Origin: Candidatus Saccharimonadota bacterium
GTDB taxonomy: Bacteria > Pseudomonadota > Gammaproteobacteria > Enterobacterales > Enterobacteriaceae
Assembly: GCF_014857065.1 (NCBI RefSeq)
Contig: NZ_CP046533.1
Coordinates: 630,001-662,000, forward strand
DNA: 32,000 nucleotides
Direction of reading: 5' to 3'
The translations under genes and the position numbers were made by a program. Shown here piece by piece: positions 22,498 through 32,000 of this stretch. The notes beneath the pieces are model-generated. The model was not told the DNA's origin, searched no databases, and saw nothing but the letters and a program-made list of their open reading frames with translations. Numbering within the stretch: position 1 is the stretch's first letter; each line of letters opens with the position of its first letter.

Positions 22498-23442
22498 TTA
22501 TATACCAGAGAACAAATCTGTACTAAAATAACGTTCAGCAGCAGAAGGAAGAATGACAACAATATTTTTATTTACGTATGTTTTATCTTCCTGTAACTTT
22601 ATTGCTGCAGCCACTGCGGCTCCTGATGACAAACCCGCTAAAATTCCTTCTTTTTTCATTAAAAATTTGGCAGTATTAATAGCTTCATCGTCGTTAATTG
22701 TTACCACTTTATCTATTAATGACAAATCTAGATTTTTTGGTATAAATCCAGCTCCAATACCTTGAATTTTATGTACTCCCGGTTTAATTTCGTTGTTAGA
22801 TAATTTTTGAGTTATTACCGGAGAGTTTTTTGGTTCTACTGCTACTATAAGAATTTTCTTTTTTTGGTTTTTTTTAAAGAATCTGCCTACACCTGTTATT
22901 GTGCCTCCAGTTCCAACGCCTGCAACGAATATATCTATTTTACCGTTTGTGTCTTTCCATATTTCTGGGCCAGTTGTTTTTTCATGAATTTCTGGATTAG
23001 CAGGATTGCTAAATTGTTGTAACATTATGTAACGTTTTGGATCATTAGCAACAATTTCTTCTGCTTTGGCTATAGCCCCTTTCATACCTTTATAACCTTC
23101 GGTAAGAATTAAATTAGCTCCCAAGATTTTAAGTAATTTACGTCTTTCGTCACTCATACTGTTTGGCATAGTTAGTGTTAATTTATAGTTTCGAGCTGCT
23201 GCAACATAAGCTAATGCAATGCCAGTATTACCACTTGTTGGTTCTATTATCTCAATATCTTTTTTCATTAAGTTATTTTTTTCTGCATTCCAAATCATGT
23301 TGGCACCTATACGGCATTTGACACTAAAACTTGGATTGCGTGATTCTATTTTTGCAAAAATTTTCCCGTTTCCAAGTTTGTTTAATTTAACAAGAGGTGT
23401 ATTTCCTATTGTTGTAGAATTATCTTCGTATATTTTTGTCAT
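22498..23442 (-). CDS. cysK: cysteine synthase A (O-acetylserine sulfhydrylase)
   Basis: 314 aa. PLP-Lys in [45 protein letters not shown]-terminus [16 protein letters not shown] is CysK-like rather than CysM-like. AGGA lies 8 nt before the ATG. It sits upstream of ptsHI as in E. coli. Confidence 0.95.
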   Translation of the reverse strand: MTKIYEDNSTTIGNTPLVKLNKLGNGKIFAKIESRNPSFSVKCRIGANMIWNAEKNNLMKKDIEIIEPTSGNTGIALAYVAAARNYKLTLTMPNSMSDERRKLLKILGANLILTEGYKGMKGAIAKAEEIVANDPKRYIMLQQFSNPANPEIHEKTTGPEIWKDTNGKIDIFVAGVGTGGTITGVGRFFKKNQKKKILIVAVEPKNSPVITQKLSNNEIKPGVHKIQGIGAGFIPKNLDLSLIDKVVTINDDEAINTAKFLMKKEGILAGLSSGAAVAAAIKLQEDKTYVNKNIVVILPSAAERYFSTDLFSGI

Positions 23443-23745
23443 GATTATTTTCCTATAAATTTGTTTTTAGATTATATATATTATATATGTTATTCATTTA
23501 GTTAGTTTTATCTGGTTCTTATCATATCGTACATGTAGATTAATTTTATTTTTCTTTAAGATAATATTTTGAAATAATATTTGTTTTGATATTTTAGATT
23601 TTTATATTTAGAATTATAACAAGAATTTGAAACAAAATTATGTAAAATTAGTTATTTTAAATAATAGTTAATTCGTCTTTATTTTTTATAATTATAAGTG
23701 TAAGTTTAGATTTTTGTTGTTTTTGTGATTTTGAGTGTTTCTTAA

Positions 23746-25845
<2,100 letters not shown>

Positions 25846-26009
25846 TTTGTATTTTTTTTGTAATTTATCGTACTTTGCTAAATTAAATTACGAATTGAAA
25901 ATAAACTATAATTTTATAGATGTTTTTTGTATTATTTTATCAAGATAATGATAATTAACTTGTAATTATAGATTTTTATTTTGGTATAGAATGAGTATTT
26001 TATTTAGTA

Positions 26010-26083
26010 TGGGCCGTACAGGATTCGAACCTGTGACCAATTGATTAAAAGTCAACTGCTCTACCGGACTGAGCTAACGACCC
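26010..26083 (-). tRNA. lysV: tRNA-Lys (anticodon UUU)
   Basis: The reverse complement reads GGGTCGTTAGCTCAGTCCGGTAGAGCAGTTGACTTTTAATCAATTGGTCACAGGTTCGAATCCTGTACGGCCCA. Cloverleaf: 7-bp acceptor (one G-U), D stem GCTC/GAGC, anticodon stem GTTGA/TCAAT with loop CTTTTAA, T stem ACAGG/CCTGT. Near-identical to E. coli tRNA-Lys. The discriminator A is followed by TAC, so CCA is not encoded. The gene symbol is by synteny with valU-lysV next to gltX. Confidence 0.9.
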
Positions 26084-26124
26084 AATAACTTTTTAAGAGA
26101 AAGAATTCTTATAATTTTGTGATA

Positions 26125-26197
26125 TAGGTGATGGCGGATTCGAACCGCCTACCCCCTCCTTGTAAGGGAGGTGCTCTACCACTTGAGCTAATCACCT
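26125..26197 (-). tRNA. tRNA-Val (anticodon UAC)
   Basis: The reverse complement reads AGGTGATTAGCTCAAGTGGTAGAGCACCTCCCTTACAAGGAGGGGGTAGGCGGTTCGAATCCGCCATCACCTA. Acceptor AGGTGAT/ATCACCT, anticodon stem CCTCC/GGAGG with loop CTTACAA, T stem GGCGG/CCGCC. Matches E. coli tRNA-Val(UAC). No encoded CCA (followed by TAT). Lies 41 nt upstream of tRNA-Lys on the same strand. Confidence 0.9.
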
Positions 26198-26214
26198 TCA
26201 TTAAATTCACTCTT

Positions 26215-26244
26215 ATTATATGGAATATTTGGAAAATGAGTCAA
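26215..26244 (-). promoter_or_regulatory. candidate sigma70 promoter of the tRNA-Val/tRNA-Lys unit
   Basis: On the minus strand: TTGACT (26244-26239), an 18-nt spacer, then a perfect TATAAT (26220-26215). The -10 ends 17 nt upstream of the mature tRNA-Val 5' end (26197). It is divergent from gltX, as the valU promoter is in E. coli. -10-like hexamers are frequent in this AT-rich DNA, so confidence is moderate. Confidence 0.4.
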
Positions 26245-26348
26245 TATTTTTGTGAGCTTGTAATTTTAATTAAGTTTTATCAGCTTTATTTCTGGTAAGA
26301 TAATGATCTAATTGTTTATTTTTTAATTGTTCTATATTTAGGTTATTT

Positions 26349-27761
26349 ATGAAAATTAGAACTCGTTTTGCTCCTAGTCCAACTGGACAGTTACATATTG
26401 GCAGTATTCGTACAGCCCTCTATGCTTGGTTATTTGCTAAGCAGCAAGGTGGAAAATTTGTTCTTCGTATAGATGATTCTGACATAAGACGTTCTACACA
26501 AAAAAATGTTAAGGAAATAATTCAAATTATGTGTTGGTTGAATCTTGATTGGGATGAAGGTCCATATTTTCAATCAGAGCGATCTAGTCGTTATAACAGT
26601 GTAATTGACAAAATGCTTATTGAAGGGAAAGCATATAAGTGTTTTTGTTCACGAAAAAGGCTGGAACATTTACGTCAAGTACAATTAAGAAATAATATTA
26701 AACCTCGATATGACGGTCGTTGTCGGTATTCTTCACTTAATTATCAATCTTGTATAAAGAATAAATCTTATGTTGTTCGTTTTTGCAATCCTTGTGATGG
26801 AGAGGTAAAATTTTACGATGAGATTAAGGGATGGATAACGTTTAGTAATCAAGAATTAGATGATTTAATTATTTGTCGTGATGATGGTTCTCCTACATAT
26901 AATTTTTGTGTCGTAATAGATGATATTGATATGAATATTACGCATGTAGTTCGAGGTAATGATCATGTAAATAATACTCCTCGTCAAATTAATATTTTCA
27001 AGTCATTAAATGTATTGCCACCAAAGTATGCTCATTTACCTATGGTGCTGGATGAGTTTGGTAAAAAATTTTCTAAAAGATCAGAAAATTTAGGGATTGT
27101 TAAATATCAAAAAGATGGCTTTCTTCCTGAAGCTATATTGAATTATTTAGTAAGATTAGGATGGTCTAGAGGTGATCAAGAAATTTTTAATGTAGAAGAA
27201 ATGAAACGGTGTTTTAACTTTAATTCTATAAGTAGATCTCCTGGTTTTTTTGATATAAATAAGTTAGTTTGGTTGAATCATTATTATATTAATAATTTGC
27301 CAGTGACTTCCATTGCAGATTATTTGGAAAATTATATGAAACAGCAAAATCTTAATGTTAAAAATGGTCCGCCATTAATTGATATAGTTAAAGTATTTGG
27401 GCCTCGTTGTAAAACTTTAAAGGATATAATTGATTCTTCTTTTTTTTGTTATAAAGATTTTGATATCTTCAAGAATACTTTGTCTAGGAAATATCTACAA
27501 CCAGAAGTTATAGAGCCTTTATTCATAATACGTAAAAAATTAACTTCCTTGAAGATTTGGAGTATGAATAAAATTCACGACTTAATTCTTGAAGTGGTGA
27601 CTGAATTAAGCATACAAACAAATAAATTAGGTATGCCATTGAGAATAGCTTTAACTGGATTAGATAAATCACCTAATCTAGCTGATATTGTATATCTTAT
27701 CGGTAAAGAGCGTTCGTTAAAACGTATTGACACGGCGTTATATTATATTTCTAAATTATAA
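26349..27761 (+). CDS. gltX: glutamate--tRNA ligase
   Basis: 470 aa versus 471 aa in E. coli. MKIRTRFAPSPTGQLHIGS (HIGH), KFSKR (KMSKS), DGSPTYNFCVVIDD, NNTPRQI. Full-length colinearity. Confidence 0.95.
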   Translation: MKIRTRFAPSPTGQLHIGSIRTALYAWLFAKQQGGKFVLRIDDSDIRRSTQKNVKEIIQIMCWLNLDWDEGPYFQSERSSRYNSVIDKMLIEGKAYKCFCSRKRLEHLRQVQLRNNIKPRYDGRCRYSSLNYQSCIKNKSYVVRFCNPCDGEVKFYDEIKGWITFSNQELDDLIICRDDGSPTYNFCVVIDDIDMNITHVVRGNDHVNNTPRQINIFKSLNVLPPKYAHLPMVLDEFGKKFSKRSENLGIVKYQKDGFLPEAILNYLVRLGWSRGDQEIFNVEEMKRCFNFNSISRSPGFFDINKLVWLNHYYINNLPVTSIADYLENYMKQQNLNVKNGPPLIDIVKVFGPRCKTLKDIIDSSFFCYKDFDIFKNTLSRKYLQPEVIEPLFIIRKKLTSLKIWSMNKIHDLILEVVTELSIQTNKLGMPLRIALTGLDKSPNLADIVYLIGKERSLKRIDTALYYISKL

Positions 27762-27998
27762 TTTAATTTTATTTATTAGAAAACTAAAATTTTGATTTTT
27801 ATGTTTTATTATTGAATTTTTTAAAATTGATTTTAGGATTAAGATTAAGATATTCAACAATTTATATGTTAATATTCGATGTGATTAATAATTCAATACA
27901 AGTGTTATAGATACTATATAGATCATTTGTTTATTTTTGAATTTGTTAATGTCATATATCATATGAATTATATGTTAAAATACTTGTGATTTGTTATT

Positions 27999-29186
27999 TT
28001 ATATAATCAAAGCAGCAACAGTTGTTGATAATAAATTAATTAGAGTGGAATTATAAATTAATTTTAGGCTGTATTGAGATAGTATATTTCCTTTTTCTTT
28101 ATTTAAAAATTTTATAGTCCCTATAATGATACCAATGGACGAAAAATTAGCAAAAGATGTTAAGAATATAGATACTATTCCAATTGTATTAGTTGAAAGA
28201 TTTTGTGAGATTTTTTGCAATTCTGTCATTGCTATAAATTCATTAGTTAATAATTTAATTGCCATTATTTTACTAACTTGTAGTGCTTCGTTTGTTGGTA
28301 TGCCTATAATCCATACTATAGGTAAAAATAAGTATCCTAATATTTCTTGAAATGTAATGCCTAAAAATGATTTAAACATGGTATCAATAGCAGAAATTAA
28401 GGCAATAAATGCAATTAACATCGCGCTAATAATCATTACTATGTTGAAGCCTATTAATATGTATTCTCCTAATATTTCAAAGAAACTTTGTTTTTTATTT
28501 TGGAAGATATTAATTTTGATATCTTTTACGTCATTAATTTGATATGGATTTGAAATGGACAATATGATGAAAGTACTAAACATATTTAGTATCAAAGCTG
28601 CTATGACGTATTTTGTATCAAGCATTTTTGTATAAGCACCTATAACGGACAAGGATGCTGTAGACATCGCTGTTACAGCCATAGTATATATGCGGTTTTC
28701 CGAAATTTTTTTCAAAACATCTTTGTATAATATAAAATTTTCGGATTGCCCCAGTATTAGAGAACTAATGACATTAAACGATTCTAATTTACCCATGCCA
28801 CTAATTTTGGCGAGTATACTGCCGAAGGTTATAACAATAAATGACAAAACCCGAACGTATTTTAAAACACCTATTATAGCAGATATTAAAATAATTGGAC
28901 ATAATACATTTAAGAAAAAATATGCTATTCCTTCTTTATTCATATTTCCAAATATAAAATTGGTACCTATTGTAGTAAAAATTAATATCTGGTCGAAAAA
29001 GAAAATTATATATTTTGTGAAATATAATCCAATTTGTGAATGTAAAAATAGATAAGCAAGAATGATTTCTATTATTAATAGTTGAATAATAAATTTTGGA
29101 CGTATTTTGTTGAGGTTATTGTTTATTAAAAGCGATAAAATAGTTAACATAATTATTGATACAGTGAAGTGAAAGATTCGTAACAT
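27999..29186 (-). CDS. nupC: nucleoside:H+ symporter (CNT family)
   Basis: 395 aa versus 400 aa in E. coli NupC. GMGKLESFNVISSLILGQSENFILYKD, LNMFSTFIILS, SFFEILGEYILIGF and FANFSSIGIIIG are highly similar. Divergent from mntH as in E. coli. Confidence 0.92.
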   Translation of the reverse strand: MLRIFHFTVSIIMLTILSLLINNNLNKIRPKFIIQLLIIEIILAYLFLHSQIGLYFTKYIIFFFDQILIFTTIGTNFIFGNMNKEGIAYFFLNVLCPIILISAIIGVLKYVRVLSFIVITFGSILAKISGMGKLESFNVISSLILGQSENFILYKDVLKKISENRIYTMAVTAMSTASLSVIGAYTKMLDTKYVIAALILNMFSTFIILSISNPYQINDVKDIKINIFQNKKQSFFEILGEYILIGFNIVMIISAMLIAFIALISAIDTMFKSFLGITFQEILGYLFLPIVWIIGIPTNEALQVSKIMAIKLLTNEFIAMTELQKISQNLSTNTIGIVSIFLTSFANFSSIGIIIGTIKFLNKEKGNILSQYSLKLIYNSTLINLLSTTVAALII

Positions 29187-29497
29187 GATTTCTCCAGTAT
29201 TGATTTTGTTATCAGAAAATTTATGGCAAATTTATGATATAAGATATACATTTTATTATGCTTTTTATGTATTGTCTGAGTTAATATTATATGTATAGTT
29301 GTATGTATCTATAAGTGTATTTTAGGTAAGACTTAAAGTAAAATATAAAAATTGTGTTATGTTTCTGTTAACATTGGCTAATATTTGATTGTTTAGAAGC
29401 AGTTATAGTTAGCAAGGCAATAAAACAAATTTAGCGACTCTCTATTGTTTTATGTGATATATTAAAAGAATGCATTCTTGTATATAAGATTATTCGT

Positions 29498-30748
29498 ATG
29501 TTGAATAACAAAAATTCTGGTTTTTTTATTTGTTATGTAAAGAGAATTAAATTTAAGTTACTTGGTCCAGCTTTTGTGGCTGCAATTGGTTATATTGATC
29601 CTGGAAATTTTGCAACTAATATTCAAGCTGGTGCTAGTTTTGGTTATAAACTACTGTGGGTTGTAGTTTGGGCTAATTTAATGGCAATGCTTATTCAACT
29701 TCTTTCTGCTAAATTAGGAATTGCTACTGGAAAAAATTTAGCGGAACATATTCGTGATTATTTTCCTCAACCAGCAGTTTGGATATATTGGGTGCAAGCA
29801 GAAGTTATCGCTATGGCTACAGATTTAGCTGAGTTTATTGGAGCAGCAATTGGTTTTAAGATATTATTCAATATCTCTCTATTACAAGGAGCAATTTTAA
29901 CTGGGTTAATTACTTTTTTGATTTTAATGTTACAAAATAATAAAACAAAATTTTTAGAATTAATAATTGGAGGATTATTATTTTTTGTTGCTATTTCTTA
30001 TGTAATAGAATTATTTTATTCTCAACCTAAATTAAAGATATTAGGGTATGGAATGTTATTTCCGATATTGCCTAATCGTGATGCAGTATTTCTTGCTGCC
30101 GGTGTGCTGGGTGCTACCATTATGCCGCATGTTATTTATCTACATTCTTCTCTTACTCAAAGTAATTCTTTACAGGAGACACGTTTTGATCGTTATTCTG
30201 CTACTAAATTAGATGTTGCTATAGCTATGACAATAGCTGGATTTGTTAATTTGTCTATGATGGCTACTGCAGCATCTGCTTTTCATTTTAGTGGATATAC
30301 TGGAATTACCGATTTGGATGATGCTTATCTTACATTATCACCCTTATTAAATAATACTGCCGCTACAATTTTTGGATTAAGTTTAGCAGCAGCGGGGTTA
30401 TCTTCTACTGTTGTTGGAACTATGGCTGGACAGGTTGTTATGCAAGGTTTTGTTCGTTTTCGTATTCCATTATTGTTACGTCGTATTGTTACTATGTTGC
30501 CTTCATTTATAGTTATTTTACTTGGTATTGATCCAACTCATATTTTAGTGACTAGTCAAATATTACTTAGTTTTGGAATTGCATTAGCACTAGTACCATT
30601 ATTGATTTTTACTGGTGATGTACATTTAATGGGTGTTGATATGGTGAATTCTTCATTTGTTAAATTTTTAGGTTGGTTAATTACTATTATAGTAATTACA
30701 TTAAATATTTATTTATTAATTGGTACTATTACAGATTATTTTTTATAG
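29498..30748 (+). CDS. mntH: NRAMP-family Mn2+/Fe2+:H+ symporter
   Basis: 416 aa versus 412 aa in E. coli. [61 protein letters not shown] is almost identical to E. coli MntH. Also [14 protein letters not shown] and [18 protein letters not shown]. Confidence 0.94.
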   Translation: MLNNKNSGFFICYVKRIKFKLLGPAFVAAIGYIDPGNFATNIQAGASFGYKLLWVVVWANLMAMLIQLLSAKLGIATGKNLAEHIRDYFPQPAVWIYWVQAEVIAMATDLAEFIGAAIGFKILFNISLLQGAILTGLITFLILMLQNNKTKFLELIIGGLLFFVAISYVIELFYSQPKLKILGYGMLFPILPNRDAVFLAAGVLGATIMPHVIYLHSSLTQSNSLQETRFDRYSATKLDVAIAMTIAGFVNLSMMATAASAFHFSGYTGITDLDDAYLTLSPLLNNTAATIFGLSLAAAGLSSTVVGTMAGQVVMQGFVRFRIPLLLRRIVTMLPSFIVILLGIDPTHILVTSQILLSFGIALALVPLLIFTGDVHLMGVDMVNSSFVKFLGWLITIIVITLNIYLLIGTITDYFL

Positions 30749-30846
30749 TATCATTAAGTAATATTTTGGAAATTATTAATAGTATTTTTGTGATAGGAAG
30801 CTCTTATTGATATTTTGAATGTTATAAATTTTCAAGATCTTATAAG

Positions 30847-30919
30847 TGTCTTTGACAGGAATCGAACCTGTAATTAGCTTTTAGGAGAAGCTTGTTATAT
30901 CCGTTTTAACTACAAAGAC
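30847..30919 (-). tRNA. argW: tRNA-Arg (anticodon CCU)
   Basis: The reverse complement reads GTCTTTGTAGTTAAAACGGATATAACAAGCTTCTCCTAAAAGCTAATTACAGGTTCGATTCCTGTCAAAGACA. Acceptor GTCTTTG/CAAAGAC, D stem GTTA/TAAC, anticodon stem AGCTT/AAGCT with loop CTCCTAA, T stem ACAGG/CCTGT. D, anticodon-loop and T regions match E. coli argW as I recall it. No encoded CCA (followed by CTT). Confidence 0.88.
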
Positions 30920-31220
30920 CTGTGATTTTGTTGTATATTAGTTTATTTTCTATCAGGTATAATTGTTATTCCTTTTTAATTATGACTTCACAGTATGTTG
31001 GTTTACTTATTTTTTTATTTATTTAATTATGTTAGATATATTAGTGAAGTATGAATACAAAACAAAATTATATTATAATCTTATTAGCAATTCATTTTTA
31101 ATTATATATGAAAATGAATTTTAATCGTTTTGTTATATTGATTTTTTTTGTATTTGTATCTGTTGTTTATTTTAATGTTTAAGTTGTTTGGTTAATTTTT
31201 ATTGTTTTCTTTTATTTGAT

Positions 31221-32000
31221 TTAGTCTCCACATTGAGCTCTTTGTCTTAATACATGATCCATAAGAACGATAGCTATCATAGCTTCTGCTATAGGTACTG
31301 CTCGAATACCAACACATGGGTCATGTCTTCCTTTTGTTACTATTGTTGCAGGTTTGTTGTAATTTGTTATTGTTTTTCCTGGTTTAGTAATGCTCGAGGT
31401 AGGTTTTAAGGCTAAATGCGCAATTATTGATTGCCCAGTACTAATACCTCCAAGAATACCACCGGCATGATTGCTTAAAAAACCTTGAGGAGTTATCTCG
31501 TCTCGGTTTTCATGACCAAGTTTATTAATTACTGAAAAACCATCTCCAATTTCTATTCCTTTTACTGCATTTATTCCCATTAATGCATGAGCTAAATCAG
31601 CATCCAGTTTATCAAATACTGGCTCGCCTAAACCAATTGGTATATTTTCAGCTACAACTGTAATTTTAGCACCTATTGAATTTCCATTTTTTTTTAATTG
31701 TCTTATCATTTTATCTAATGAAGCTAGTTGTGTAGAATCTGGACAAAAGAATTGATTTTTTTGAATTTGACCCCAATCTCGTAATTTACAAGTAATATGA
31801 CCCATTTGTGATAGAAATCCACGTATTTTTATATTGTGTTTTTCAATCAAATATTTTTTAGCAATAGCACCGGCTGCTACTCGCATAGCTGTTTCGCGAG
31901 CTGATGCACGGCCCCCACCACGATAATCTCTTAAGCCATATTTTTTTTCATAACTGTAGTCAGCATGTCCAGGACGATAAATATTTTTAATTTTTTTGTA
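31221..32000 (-). CDS. aroC: chorismate synthase (5' end outside window)
   Basis: The minus-strand frame stays open from 31886 to the window edge: ...[31 protein letters not shown] precedes the ORF-track Met. This matches E. coli AroC from around residue 100 onward. Also [18 protein letters not shown] and [10 protein letters not shown]. Stop at 31221-31223. Confidence 0.95.
   Translation of the reverse strand, partial: YKKIKNIYRPGHADYSYEKKYGLRDYRGGGRASARETAMRVAAGAIAKKYLIEKHNIKIRGFLSQMGHITCKLRDWGQIQKNQFFCPDSTQLASLDKMIRQLKKNGNSIGAKITVVAENIPIGLGEPVFDKLDADLAHALMGINAVKGIEIGDGFSVINKLGHENRDEITPQGFLSNHAGGILGGISTGQSIIAHLALKPTSSITKPGKTITNYNKPATIVTKGRHDPCVGIRAVPIAEAMIAIVLMDHVLRQRAQCGD

Noticed and set aside
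26101-26110. A 10-bp palindrome AAGAATTCTT in the Val-Lys tRNA spacer, sharing its AAGAA/TTCTT arms with the mntH-upstream palindrome.
   Set aside because: It has zero spacer and cannot form a useful RNA hairpin. It is short and A/T-rich. The resemblance to 29466-29479 covers only 5 nt per arm, which is chance-level.
27837-27851. GATTAA tandem (2.5 copies) in the gltX-nupC spacer, and other short A/T microrepeats.
   Set aside because: These are trivial low-complexity slippage products with too few copies to matter.

Overview
This window is a gene-dense, very A+T-rich chromosome segment (intergenic DNA is almost pure A/T by eye). It looks like a reduced-genome, Enterobacterales-derived insect endosymbiont. 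Every long ORF has a full-length E. coli/Klebsiella-type ortholog. Gene order follows the E. coli K-12 map as I recall it: guaBA, upp, dapA, dapE, tktB-talA, cysPUWA, ptsIH, cysK, ligA, Val/Lys tRNAs, gltX, nupC, mntH, tRNA-Arg(CCU), aroC. The intervening E. coli genes are deleted. The only block foreign to K-12 is a urease cluster, ureDABC-FG without ureE, between guaA and upp. Urease, sulfate uptake/cysteine synthesis, and lysine and aromatic-precursor genes on an E. coli-collinear AT-rich backbone match what is known for Candidatus Blochmannia (carpenter-ant endosymbiont). That is my best guess at the source and I cannot verify it here. I annotate 25 CDS (guaB and aroC truncated by the window edges), 3 tRNA genes (none encoding CCA), one plausible sigma70 promoter and one low-complexity repeat. 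Several ORF-track starts were moved using ortholog N-termini and Shine-Dalgarno positions (ureA, ureG, upp, cysW, ptsH, ligA). I see no mobile element, CRISPR, prophage, toxin-antitoxin or defence-like gene, and no orphan ORF survives scrutiny, so I find no evidence for an undescribed multi-gene system. Items worth a second look: urease maturation without UreE, with an extra Cys beside the UreG CPH motif; two GTG starts both embedded in ATGTGA; unusually long non-coding spacers that are probably eroded genes; clean deletion junctions (ureE, crr/cysM, cysZ/zipA); tRNA genes lacking CCA; palindromes upstream of mntH and dapA; many in-frame A8-A9 tracts; and a His-to-Tyr change at the GluRS zinc site. 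Most of these are probably already implicit in published endosymbiont genomes.
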